A DNA stretch of 33,371 bases from Octopus bimaculoides (taxonomy: Eukaryota). The DNA is taken from the NCBI RefSeq assembly GCF_001194135.2, contig NC_068989.1, positions 41,006,367 through 41,039,737 of the forward strand, in the 5' to 3' direction. The notes under the pieces are model-generated. The model made no database searches, was not told the DNA's origin, and saw nothing but the letters and a program-made list of their open reading frames with translations. Both the position numbers and the translations under genes were made by a program. Of this stretch, positions 11,147-22,227 are shown in pieces (the first letter of the stretch is position 1; each line of letters starts with the position of its first letter).

Positions 11147-11419
11147 GTGGAGGCGCAATGGCCCAGTGGTTAGGGCAGCGGACTCGCGGTCATAGGATCT
11201 CGCTTTCGATTCCCAGACCGGGCGTTGTGAGTGTTTATTCAGCGAAAACACCTAAAGCCCCACGAGGCTCCGGCAGGGGATGGTGGCGAACCCTATTGTA
11301 CTCTTTCACCACAACTTTCTCTCACTCTTACTTCCTGGTTCTGTTGTGCCTGTAATACAAAGGGTCAGCCTTGTCACACTGAATATCCCAGAGAACTACG
11401 TTAAGGGTACACGTGTCTG
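11147..11419 (+). mobile_element. SINE-B copy with intact tRNA-derived head, running into an assembly gap
   Basis: GTGGAGGCGCAATGGCCCAGTGGTTAGGGCAGCGGACTCGCGG...TTTCGATTCCCAG with A box TGGCCCAGTGG and B-box-like TTTCGATTCC. Near-identical to 20459-20838. Confidence 0.95.
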
Positions 11420-11545
11420 NNNNNNNNNNNNNNNNNNNNNNNNNNNNNNNNNNNNNNNNNNNNNNNNNNNNNNNNNNNNNNNNNNNNNNNNNNNNNNNNN
11501 NNNNNNNNNNNNNNNNNNNNNNNNNNNNNNNNNNNNNNNNNNNNN
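11420..11545. other. Assembly gap (N run); other gaps at 14323-14355, 17233-17870 and 32068-32077
   Basis: Runs of n in the sequence. Confidence 1.
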
Positions 11546-11558
11546 TTCAACATGAAAA

Positions 11559-11778
11559 AAGGTGGCGAGCTGGCAGAATCGTTAGCACGCTCTGCATAAT
11601 ACTTAGTGGTATTGCGTTCAGTCTTTACGTTCTGAGTTCAAATTCTGCCGAGGTCGACAGCCTTTCATAATTTCGAGACTGATAAAATAAGTACCAGTTG
11701 AGCATTGGGGTTGATACAATCGTCTTAACCCCCCCCCCTCGAAATTGCTGGCCTTGTGCCCAAATTTGAAACCAATAT
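11559..11778 (+). mobile_element. Full-length SINE-A copy
   Basis: AAGGTGGCGAGCTGGCAGAATCGTTAGCACG...GAGTTCAAATTCTGCC...CTTGTGCCCAAATTTGAAACCAATATT. Confidence 0.92.
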
Positions 11779-12273
11779 TTAAACATAGAAAAATGTTTGA
11801 CTCGTTCCCATTTCTCTCAATTTCAACTCATCACTTCATTATAGTTTTAAAACTGATAGAACAATTTTTTACATTTGGTTGGTTTGGTTTAATACCGAAT
11901 ATATTCTATGTTTTGGTGGAAAGTAATCTTTTCATTTCGCTGATTTTCTTTTTTAGAAGTGTGTGGGTAGAATATTTGGATTTTGGTGTTAAAGAAGCTC
12001 ATAAATGAAGAAATTAAGCTAATAAAATCTATCAGAATTAGCATTTTTTTTTTCATTTCTACAATATAAAGGATATGGTATATACGAAACACAAATACAA
12101 AAATTGACAGAATGAAAACATTGATACAAAAAAATTGAAGACACTCCAGGTATTTAAATCTCCCTAAATTGAGACACTAAGGAGACTCCTCTCTTCTAGT
12201 AAAAGAAAAAAATTGCTAAATATTCCTCAAATAACATCTTACCGTATTTCAAGGGAAAATAGTACATCTGGGT

Positions 12274-12304
<31 letters not shown>

Positions 12305-12502
12305 TAATACACTATCGAAAGAGCTGCTAATAGTTTCAAGCCTTTACGATACTTTCAGGCTCTGTTTATGTTATATATATTTTAAAAAGCATGAAACTAT
12401 TAGTAATTCATTTGGTTGTATATTAAACTGAGATTTATCTCTCACTGGGTGGAGTACTTTTTTGGTTGGTTCTACCTATATTGTATCTATAATATACATA
12501 AA

Positions 12503-12700
12503 TGTGTGTGTCCCTCCCCACCGCTTGAATACCAGTGTTGGTTTGTTTACATCTCCGCAACTTTAGCAGTTCGGCAGAAGAAACTTATAGATGCACTCCT
12601 GGACTTTAAATGAAATAAGTACTGGTGGAGATTTATTCCATTAAACCCTTCAAGATGATGCCCAGCAGGTCCGCAATCCGATGAATGAAACAAGTAAAAT
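12503..12700 (+). mobile_element. SINE-C 3' half
   Basis: GTCCCTCCCCACCGCTTG...TTTACATCTCCGCAACTTTAGCAGTTCGGCA...CCCCAGCA...GAAACAAGTAAAA, homologous to 29500-29700 and to the reverse complement of 25145-25262. Confidence 0.75.
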
Positions 12701-14565
12701 TATAAAAAGATATATTCGTGGTAATTTTTTTATTATTATTATTCTCTAGAATTTTATATGGTACTTGGATTAGGACCAAATGTTTTAGCGAATTCTGTCA
12801 TAATGAAGTTGTTTTAGACGCTTATACGAGGTTTTCAGCTTACGAATGTCACGGAAGCAAGAATTGTGTAAAATTAAAGCTTTGAGTGGAATCCTACATT
12901 TTGTGTAGGACAGAACGATGATGTCACCATATGTAAATAACATCCCCGATTAAGTAATGTTTGATAAGATATTTACAGAGCTGGAGAGAGATTTGTGTGT
13001 GTCAGAAACGAAAGTAAACTAGAAAGTGTTCGAGTGAATGTATTGGACATCAGGAAAAACTCTTCATTATAACACCCCACAAATGAAGGAGAGAAATCAG
13101 TAAAAACATAAAGTAAGTATATATGTCCTCAAATAACATAGGTACGAGATGTCGTATTGTTGTATAGGGAGGATCAGTGACAGAAGATTGTCTTCCATCA
13201 ATGACAATTCCGTGTTTCATATATCTAAGACTATATTAGTCGAATGCGTCCATTCGATACCAGGGTGTTAACATGCGGTTTGAGAGACATGTAGCTATTA
13301 TTTGTAGCAAGAGGAATGATCTAGTAGATCCCTTCTCAGATGATGAGCTATATTACAGCTAATGAATTCATTTAATTAAATAGAGTGGACTCTCCTGTCG
13401 AAGACGACAGATGAAGGTTCCGCAATTTCTTGCTGAACAATCTGCACAGATGATTTGTGTTACAGTGATAAAATGCTTGTGCTGTACATTTGCTCACTCC
13501 CTCCATCAAATCGACATTGACTGTAAAGGTGCATGGTGTGTCATGTGTCAGAGATCGAATTGATTGCAAAGTATCGTAAAATAAAGTACTTTTGCTCAAG
13601 AATGCAACGCACTGCGCGGTCTGAGAACCGAAACCACAATCTTACGATCGGGAATGCTGTACACCTTTACTTAAATAATTGAGTATAAGAAATCTATTTA
13701 ATATTTCCATCTTTTTCTAAGTCGAGTGAGCAAGTTAAACCTGCATCAAAATGCTATAGCAAAGAATATGAAAAGTAATAGAAAAAAATATCATACAAAT
13801 AATGCTTTATAATACGGAGGAAAAAAATTGTGTTAGTATCAAGTGTATATACAGAGAAAGCCACAAGATAAGGTTTCTTGATTTTGTTTTACACTTGATC
13901 GTTGAGATCTGAGCTTTCAAAATTTGTGACTTCAACAATTCGTCATCAGATTCTAGAGTAAAAGCTGAATGTAAGAAACACAAACCGCATGAGAGCTTTT
14001 TATACATTTTTTTTTTTTTTGTCAAAATACAACTCTTTATTTTATACGAAGCTAAACGTGGTGTGTCCTTTCCATACCTTTTCACAAGTCGTTGGAGATC
14101 TTGGGGAAATTGGTGTCGTGTTGAAATTTGGTGAGGAAGGAATTGCGTCTTTAATCTCTAGTACTTTAATCTCTAGTACTTTAATCTATAATACTCACAC
14201 CCTGTCAGTCATTTCAATTTGTCTCTAAACATTTTTACATCTTATCTAGAATTATTAACTTAATTATAAATTATTGGTTTCAGGCAGTTGTTAATTGTAT
14301 TCCACATCTTTTTTTTTTTTTTNNNNNNNNNNNNNNNNNNNNNNNNNNNNNNNNNTTTTAAATGAATACAAATAAAAGTTTGTTTCAAAGTTCTTGATGA
14401 ATATAAAAACTTTAAATTTCATAACGCCCTTTAATGATGCACTTCCAGAAGTGTTTTATAATACTGTTTAATCGCCCAACCATCTCACCTACTTACATCA
14501 TGCGATAATTAATAGCTTTCAGACTCAGTCGTAGTGTCGCTGTTAGATTATTAATGTAGTTCAAA

Positions 14566-15018
14566 ATGGGTTGTGATCATTCGAGTTTTTTCAAACGTCT
14601 CTTGTCTAAAACACGAGAAACTTATGCAAAAAATAATTCGCCGAAATTGATTAATTTCAAATCTGTACTCCATTCTAAAAATGTTACAGACTCATTTGAC
14701 TTGCCAGATGTTTTAAATGCTTCTTATTTCTCAAAAGAGCAAACTATGACAGGAAATTTTCCCAAAATCAACTTCGAAAACTGTTCTATTGTTCAGTGGC
14801 ATCAACCAAGTCCCACTTATGATTCCTCAATTTTGCCTGTGAAACGAGTTCCAGAGATGGATACCCGAATAGCATTGAGTTCACCAGACGTCGTAATATT
14901 AAGGAATAATTTCACTGACTCTCCTTCAGCGTGGAAACCGTCAGAATTGAAGAACAGTGTTAACCAGCTTTATCAATGTTCAACACCAACACATTCGTAC
15001 AAGCTGCAAAATAATTGA
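14566..15018 (+). CDS. Orphan 150-aa Ser/Pro/Asn-rich hypothetical protein with an N-terminal MGCxxS motif
   Basis: Longest uninterrupted ORF in the window that is neither TE-derived nor gap-spanning. ATG context is CAAAATGG with an in-frame stop just upstream. A candidate acceptor CTTTCAG lies at 14516-14522, followed by a segment with stops in all frames. No homology recognised. Confidence 0.45.
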   Translation: MGCDHSSFFKRLLSKTRETYAKNNSPKLINFKSVLHSKNVTDSFDLPDVLNASYFSKEQTMTGNFPKINFENCSIVQWHQPSPTYDSSILPVKRVPEMDTRIALSSPDVVILRNNFTDSPSAWKPSELKNSVNQLYQCSTPTHSYKLQNN

Positions 15019-16380
15019 CTATTATTAACCCTCAAGACAGTGTGTATTTTCATAAAAAGCGATTTCCTAAATTTACCTCTAATTAAACATCAACGTATTC
15101 ATATTAAGACATTTCCTTCTCTGCTGGACTGTGAAACATTTATGGACTCTCAATAATGAAATATTTTATTTTCTTTGCTTTTGTTTAAGTGAAACTGCAG
15201 TTTTTTTTTTTTTTAATCATTTTCTCCCGAATTAAATCAATTCCTACTTGAAGTATTTTCTATATGGAGCATTTCAATTGTTTGCTTCTATGTTTTTATA
15301 ACTTTTTACAGTATATTTTATCCTTTATCTTAATTTTACTTTTTAAATCTATTTAATCAAACTTGTCAAGAATTTTCATGTTCATACTATCGACATCTTT
15401 CAATTAAGATTAGTATATGAACTATTAACGGTTATGTCATCTGTAAAATCTATATTTTTTACATATTAGTCAGCTTCTAATTTAATTTGTTCATGACAGA
15501 ATCACAATTATTTAGATTGTCTGATATTTTAAACTAATAGCAATGATTTTATATTCGATCTTTTCACCTTTTTATACTATTTTTTCCTTAATCCCAAAAT
15601 CTGTCCTTTTTATTTTGCTAACTAGAAGTCGAACCTCTAACTGTTTGTTGTATAATACATATTCTTATTTTCCTATAAAAAAAATTAGCTGGGATAAAAT
15701 TTGAACTCCATAACCTGAGATATCTTGGCTCACCGTTGTGAATAATCTAAAGCAACATTTTCTCTATCTTTCATATCTTCTTGAGGTATACATAACTTTA
15801 TTTTCATGTTACAAGAAAGTAACAATAGGAGACGTTAGTTATCTGTACATGCAGTGTTAAAATTAAACTTATATTTGCTAAGTCTCTCTCTATGCATATA
15901 TTTGATTATGCGTATATTTGGAAAAGCTGAAGGCTCTTCAATAATTTTGACTGAAGTAACTCTGAACTTCTATTAAATGAAATTAACAAAATATAAATAC
16001 GTTGCTATAAAACCAACAGCTATTCTCACCTGTTGCAAGATCTTCTATTTAACTCTATCCAACTCTATTTTCGCCTCCCGGGATATATATAAGTAAGAAA
16101 GTACTGGAATCAACCGACGTTGTTTCATTGTGTATGAAGAAAAGTGTCGGTTCGGAAACTTGTAAGCTAAGAGAATATATGTAACGATGGTCCAATTGTA
16201 CAATCATTAAGATGGGGTAAATCTCTCCTTACTTAATATGACCCCAACCGGGAAATTACTGAATCCAAAGATTATTGTAATTTTTGAAACGGCTGACCAA
16301 TATCACTCGTCACCAAACGGAACTGATACAGCTGGAGGTTGGTTAGTAGTAACCAGATGATGATCATTATTATTACAATT

Positions 16381-17092
16381 AAGACTGCGAGTTTGGCTGA
16401 ATTGTAAGCACGCAAAGCGAAATGCTTAGCAGCATTTCATCCGTTTTTACGTTTTGAGTTCAAATTCCGCTGAGATTGACTTTGTCTTTCATCCTTTCAA
16501 GGTCGATAAATTAAGTACCAGTAAAGTATTGAGGTTGATGTGATCGTCTTAACCCCTCCCCATAAGTTCCAGGCCTTGTGCCTATAGCAGAAATGATTAT
16601 TATTAAGGCAGCGAACTGACAGAATCGTTAGCATGCCGAGCAAAATGCTTAGCAGCAGTTCGTCCATCTGAGTTCAAATTCTGCCGCAGTCCGCTTTTCA
16701 TCCTTTAGGGGTCAATAAAATAAGTACTAGTTGAGCGCTGGGCTTGATGTAATCGACTTACCCTCACACCGAAATTGCTGGCTTTGTCCATAAATTTGAA
16801 ACCATTATTAACCACAGCCTTAGGGCTGAAACGCATAAAAGAATTTCTACTAGTACTACTAAGTTCGACGAGTTGGCAGAATCGATAACATGCTGGGCAA
16901 AATGCTAAGCGGCATTTCGTCCGTTTTCACATTCTGAGTTCAAATTCCACCGAGGTTGACTTTACCTTTTATCCTTTCGGGGTCAATTAAATAAGTACCA
17001 GTTACGCCCTAGGTCGATGTAATCGACTTAAACCCTTTGTCCTTGTTTGTCCCCTCTATGTTTAGCCCCCTGTGGACAGTAAAGAAATAAAT
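16381..17092 (+). mobile_element. Array of three SINE-A copies (about 16381-16603, 16605-16809, 16861-17092)
   Basis: Three heads and cores in the same orientation. The first two end in ATT-rich tails. The third has the alternative tail GTTTGTCCCCTCTATGTTTAGCCCCCTGTGGACAGTAAAGAAATAAAT. Confidence 0.9.
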
Positions 17093-17870
17093 ATGGTCGG
17101 TTAAATTGAAGGGTGCAACATTTTGCTTGTTTCCTGAATCCTAAAAGAAGTAACCTACTTTAAAGCAAAGGAAATGAGAGTAGAAATTATATAACCACGC
17201 CATTTGTTCAATGCAGAAATTTCAAACTTCTGNNNNNNNNNNNNNNNNNNNNNNNNNNNNNNNNNNNNNNNNNNNNNNNNNNNNNNNNNNNNNNNNNNNN
17301 NNNNNNNNNNNNNNNNNNNNNNNNNNNNNNNNNNNNNNNNNNNNNNNNNNNNNNNNNNNNNNNNNNNNNNNNNNNNNNNNNNNNNNNNNNNNNNNNNNNN
17401 NNNNNNNNNNNNNNNNNNNNNNNNNNNNNNNNNNNNNNNNNNNNNNNNNNNNNNNNNNNNNNNNNNNNNNNNNNNNNNNNNNNNNNNNNNNNNNNNNNNN
17501 NNNNNNNNNNNNNNNNNNNNNNNNNNNNNNNNNNNNNNNNNNNNNNNNNNNNNNNNNNNNNNNNNNNNNNNNNNNNNNNNNNNNNNNNNNNNNNNNNNNN
17601 NNNNNNNNNNNNNNNNNNNNNNNNNNNNNNNNNNNNNNNNNNNNNNNNNNNNNNNNNNNNNNNNNNNNNNNNNNNNNNNNNNNNNNNNNNNNNNNNNNNN
17701 NNNNNNNNNNNNNNNNNNNNNNNNNNNNNNNNNNNNNNNNNNNNNNNNNNNNNNNNNNNNNNNNNNNNNNNNNNNNNNNNNNNNNNNNNNNNNNNNNNNN
17801 NNNNNNNNNNNNNNNNNNNNNNNNNNNNNNNNNNNNNNNNNNNNNNNNNNNNNNNNNNNNNNNNNNNNNT

Positions 17871-18139
17871 TTGTCATTCATGCCTTCGGGGTCAATAAAA
17901 GAAAAGCATCAGTCAAGTACTGGAGTCCATGTAAATGACTCCCCACTCCCTTTAAAATTGTTAAACCCTATCCAAAATTTGAAATAAATTTTAGTCTCAA
18001 GTTTTGGCACAAGGCCAGCAATTTCGGAGGTGGGGTAAGTCGATTACTTTGACCTCAGTGTTAAACTGGTACTTATTTTATCGACCCCGAAAGCATGAAA
18101 GGCAAAGCCGACTTCGACGGAATTTGAAGTCAGAATACG
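17871..18139. mobile_element. Tail-to-tail inverted pair of SINE-A fragments (+ 17871-17990; - 17995-18139)
   Basis: A plus-strand core and tail after the gap, immediately followed by a minus-strand tail, core and B box. Confidence 0.85.
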
Positions 18140-18495
18140 GAAACGGTTGTTTACGAGGCAGAATTAATAACAACAGGACCCAATGGACAACCGAGCGTGC
18201 AGAAATATGTGGGGGCCACGAAAGGCCACTTCAGAACCCGCTTTAATAACCACAAGTCTTCATTCAACATCCCAGAGAGACGTAACGTCACAATCCTAGA
18301 AAGCGCCACGGAGTACAGTATTAAGTGGAGGATCCTAGAAAAATGCAAGCCGTACTTCAATTGTAGCAGGAAGTGAGGATTATGCCTGGCTAAGAAGAGA
18401 GCGATTTTAAAAAGTACCCAAAGCCCGAGTGTTTACCTGAAAAGCAGGTGTGAGGTGTTTAATCCTTGTCCGCATGAATGAAAGTACATTCTATC
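18140..18495 (+). pseudogene. Penelope-like element GIY-YIG endonuclease fragment
   Basis: Manual translation (not in the ORF track): ETVVYEAELITTGPNGQPSVQKYVGATKGHFRTRFNNHKSSFNIPERRNVTILESATEYSIKWRILEKCKPYFNCSRK*GLCLAKKRAILKS...SRCEVFNPCPHE*KYIL. It has VVY...YVG, the RxxxH helix and the CxLCL / RxE..CxH C-terminus typical of Penelope endonucleases. Confidence 0.88.
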
Positions 18496-19084
18496 GTGCT
18501 TTCGCGACCCACCATGACTGCAACCACAGGTCTCTTGGCTCGACTTTCCGCAAACAACCTTCCGCCAATGCCCTTGGGCCCGACAAAAAGAGTTTGACTG
18601 GGACACACACCAATGCATCCATGTACACATATGCACACCTCTATAAGGCGGACATCTCGCATATAACCATCCCCCACCACCCCCAGTACATACCACATCA
18701 TGCAAATAATACCCCTACATATACACAGACCACACACACACACACACACACACATACATTACACACCGCACGCTAATAAAAAAGACTACAACTTAATCTT
18801 TTACAGAAAGAAAACACCACCGAACACAACGCTATATATACTTACACTCACAGAAAAACTATGCATATGACACCGCTACACATCCCATCCCCGCGGGTAC
18901 ACCACTTTAATAATACACACAATATTCTGTAGCTTCATCAAAACCTTGAATATGAAGTGCACTTTATCTGGGACTCAACTAAGAGTCAACTACATCTTAT
19001 AACAGAAGCAGCTGTTAGCTAATGAAGTTCATTGTATAACAGGGTTTTTCCGGTGTCATCTCTTTGTTATATATATATACACAC

Positions 19085-19235
19085 ACACAAGTCGGGCTTC
19101 TTTCAGTTTTCGTCTACTAACTCCATCTCAACAGGGCTTTGGTTCCCTAAGAGCTGTTGTACAAAACACTAGCGGAAGGTGCCTCGCAATGGTACTGAAC
19201 TCAGATCTATGTGGTCTGGAAGCACACATGACATA
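19085..19235 (-). mobile_element. SINE-C 5' half (tRNA-like head plus central domain), next to a (TA)n(CA)n tract
   Basis: Minus strand: CATAGATCTGAGTTCAGTACCATTGCGAGGCACCTT...AAAGCCCTGTTGAG...TAGTAGACGAAAACTGAAAGAAGCCCGAC. Confidence 0.75.
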
Positions 19236-20084
19236 CCGTTGGGACGCCTCTGTTCTCTCTTGTCTGAAGAGCTCTCTCTATAATATATATGTGTGTGCCT
19301 GTCTATCTGTCTGCCTTTGAATTGGTTATGTTGATACGTCATGACAAGGATGATGGAAGTACTATAGCGCCTCTATCTCTAGAATTGCAGAATTGTTGAG
19401 TGAGAGTTCATCAACCTCTTCTCAAAGAAAAACTGCTATCTTCCTCTATTGCTCATTATTTCTTTTTAAATTCTTTTTCGTCTAGTGGAAATACGGGCTT
19501 TCTATGCACCGAGTCCAAACACTATCAAGGGCAACTTAACCTTCCAATGAAATATTAATTCTATACAGGTATCTATTTTTCTCTTTCTGTTTTTCCCTCT
19601 TTCTGGCAAAATTGATTTTCGTCACACCTGGATACGAAGGATCTCCGTTACGCCTAAAATTACCCAAGACATGCGTTATACCATGATAACACTCTTATGA
19701 CTTCGTCAAGAATTGAGGATTCAAAACAAGATTGTGGTATTATGAACTCTCTTATTATGACTCAAGCCCCACAAAAGAACCGAGCTCAGTACTGAAAACT
19801 ATGGGAACTTTGTTTTAAATTTTATTATGACCACTACTGTAATCAATATAATAATAGAAATCAGTATATTACTGTTATTATTTGTATCAGCCGTGGAGGA
19901 CTCTAAGACAAAGCTGATTCGAAATTCTGCGAGGAAGAGTTTCTTTATTTTTTGTACACTGCAAGTTTTCACCATAACTAATCTCCTCGAGGTATGTAGA
20001 AGTGGACCCTAACGTTCCCACTCCGGACAGCATGGTATATTGATATATTTTTAGTAGCACAATTGATTTAGAGACGGGGCCTCC

Positions 20085-20245
20085 ACATGGCTGCTCGCCA
20101 TGCTATAAATAATAATCCAGTTTCCTTAAAACCTCACTCTGTCATCTTAGAAAAGAAAGTCACATTGGATAATGAATAATGTAGCCGTGGCTATATTTTC
20201 TGACAATAAATTGCAATGGTCATGGTTGGAATGCATTGATCATTG
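20085..20245. repeat. Short interspersed repeat (family D); an opposite-orientation copy lies at about 26045-26235
   Basis: The reverse complement TATTTATAGCATGGCGAGCAGCCATGTGGAGGCC aligns with TATTTTTAGCGTATCGAGCGGCCAGGTAGAGGCT at about 26196-26229. Both copies carry a CATTC(C/T)A(A/G)CC-type segment. Confidence 0.5.
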
Positions 20246-20458
20246 CTAACCTGGAGCTAAACAAAAACAAAAATTTATTCTTTCAAACAATGGTAAATAC
20301 CAGGAAGAGCAGGCTACTTTTTCTTTTCTTTCACTACTTCCTGTTGTTGTTGTTCAACCCCATTCGCCAAGTCATCTTTGATCAAACCATTTTTTTATCA
20401 AACCCTCCAACCGTGATTACCACGTCCTCTACATTAACCTAGGACTACAATTTTCAAT

Positions 20459-20838
20459 GTGGAGGCGCAGTGGTTAGGGCAGCGGACTCGCGGTCATAGG
20501 ATCGCGCTTTCGATTCCCAGACCGGGCGTTGTGAGTGTTTATTCAGCGAAAACACCTAAAGCTCCACGACGCTCCGGCAGGGGATGGTGGCGAACCCTGC
20601 TGTACTCTTTCACCACAACTTTCTCTCACTCTTACTTCCTGTTTCTGTTGTGCCTGTAATTCAAAGGGTCAGCCTTGTCACACTGTGTCACCCTGAATAT
20701 CCCCAAGAACTACATTAAGGGTACCTGTGTCTGTGGACCGCTCCATCACTTGCACGTTAATTTCACGAGCAGGCTGTTCCCTTGATCGGATCAACTGGAA
20801 CCCTTGACGTCGTAAGCGACGGAGTGCCAACAACAACA
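20459..20838 (+). mobile_element. Full-length SINE-B (tRNA-derived, (CAA)n tail) with 12-bp TSD
   Basis: ACAATTTTCAAT at 20447-20458 and 20839-20850. The (CAA)n tail is of the kind known from RTE-clade-mobilised elements. Confidence 0.95.
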
Positions 20839-21311
20839 ACAATTTTCAATATAGCCTTAACATATTAAAACGGTAAGATTTGATTTCAAGAACTCTTAGC
20901 TCTATTTCTGTGAGTTTGAATGACTATATAGGGGCTTTCTAATAGATTTGCATTATTTTCAAATATCCGTATGACTTTTTGTCAAGAACTACAGAAACTC
21001 ATTATAGTAGCCACTGTCATTCTTCGGCGAATGGCGAGACAAATGTTAATTTCCGTTCTAACCAACAGTAGTATTATTCCCTCCAGGGGACTGTCAAATT
21101 AAGTTGACAGCATACAACTACATCATCGTATCACTACTGCATAAATCTCTCTGAAAGATTTAGAAATGTATTATTTCTATACTCTTCTTTTAATACAGAT
21201 AAATGCAATTTTTTCTTATTACTTAGCAAGTGGATATGTTCATAAAAGGTTTCTACATTCACGCTCGGTCTCCTCTTCATAAGCTGAGATGTTATTATTT
21301 ATAAGACTATT

Positions 21312-22150
21312 AAGGCAGCGAGCTGGCAGAATACTTTGCGGCATTTTTCATTGTTTTACGTTCTGAACTCAACTTTGCCTTTCGTCCTTTTGGTGCTGAT
21401 AAAATAAGTACTAGTTGAGCACTAGGGTCAATAATCGACTTAACTCGCTTCTAAAATTGCTGGCCTTGTGCCATAATTAGAAAGAGTTATTTGTAAGAGT
21501 ATGGGTAACAACGGACTGATAGTCCTATGCACACAACAGATCATGTAATTGACTTAACACCTCACTCGAACTTACTGGTCTCGTGCCAAATTTTGAAATC
21601 AATATTTCTTATGGCTAAGGGGGCGAGCTCTCAGAAATGTTTGAACGCTGAGCAAAATGTTGAGCGGCATTTCGTCAGTCTTTATGTTCTAAGTTCAAAC
21701 TTCATCGAGGTTGACTTTGCCTTTCATCCTTCATGGGTCGATAACATAATTTCCAGTTGAGCACTGGGGTCGACGTAATCGACTTCCCCTCCCCTAAAAT
21801 TACTGGCCTTGTGCCAAAATTTTAAATCAATATTTCTTCAAGATCTTTACGTTCTGAGTTCAAATACGGCTGAGGTCAACTTTGCCTTTATCTATTCTGG
21901 TTCAATAAAATAAAGTATAAATCCAGTACTGGAATCGATGATATAGACTAATCCATCCCCTCAAACTTGCTGGCATTGTGCTTGAATGAGGAGCAATATA
22001 TACATTCCAAGTTCAAACCCAACAGAGGTCAATTTTGCCTTTCATCCTTTCGGGGGTCGATAAAATTAAGTACTAGTCAAGTGCTACATTAGACGGTATC
22101 GCCTAACACCCTCCCCACTCAAAATTACTGGCTTTGTGCCAAAATCAGTA
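21312..22150 (+). mobile_element. Array of about five degenerate head-to-tail SINE-A copies
   Basis: Repeated core and tail units at about 21312-21490, 21500-21608, 21612-21835, 21843-21995 and 22005-22150, all on the + strand. Confidence 0.85.
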
Positions 22151-22227
22151 ACAACTATTATATAATAATTATTTATTAAATGAGCAGTGGATTGATTTTA
22201 TAATAGCCATAAAGGCCTAACAGAGGC

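Noticed and set aside
11147-11225. tRNA-like sequence (also 20459-20530 and SINE-A heads)
   Set aside because: A and B boxes are present, but the acceptor stem and cloverleaf are not intact and the sequence continues into SINE bodies. These are SINE heads, not tRNA genes.
17155-17987. Long ORFs of 219-258 aa in the ORF track (also 11280-11670)
   Set aside because: They consist almost entirely of X residues from N gaps.
16381-22150. Repeated similar units with short spacers resembling a CRISPR-like array
   Set aside because: The units are 150-230-bp diverged tRNA-derived SINEs with TSDs in eukaryotic DNA, with no cas genes and no constant repeat/spacer period.
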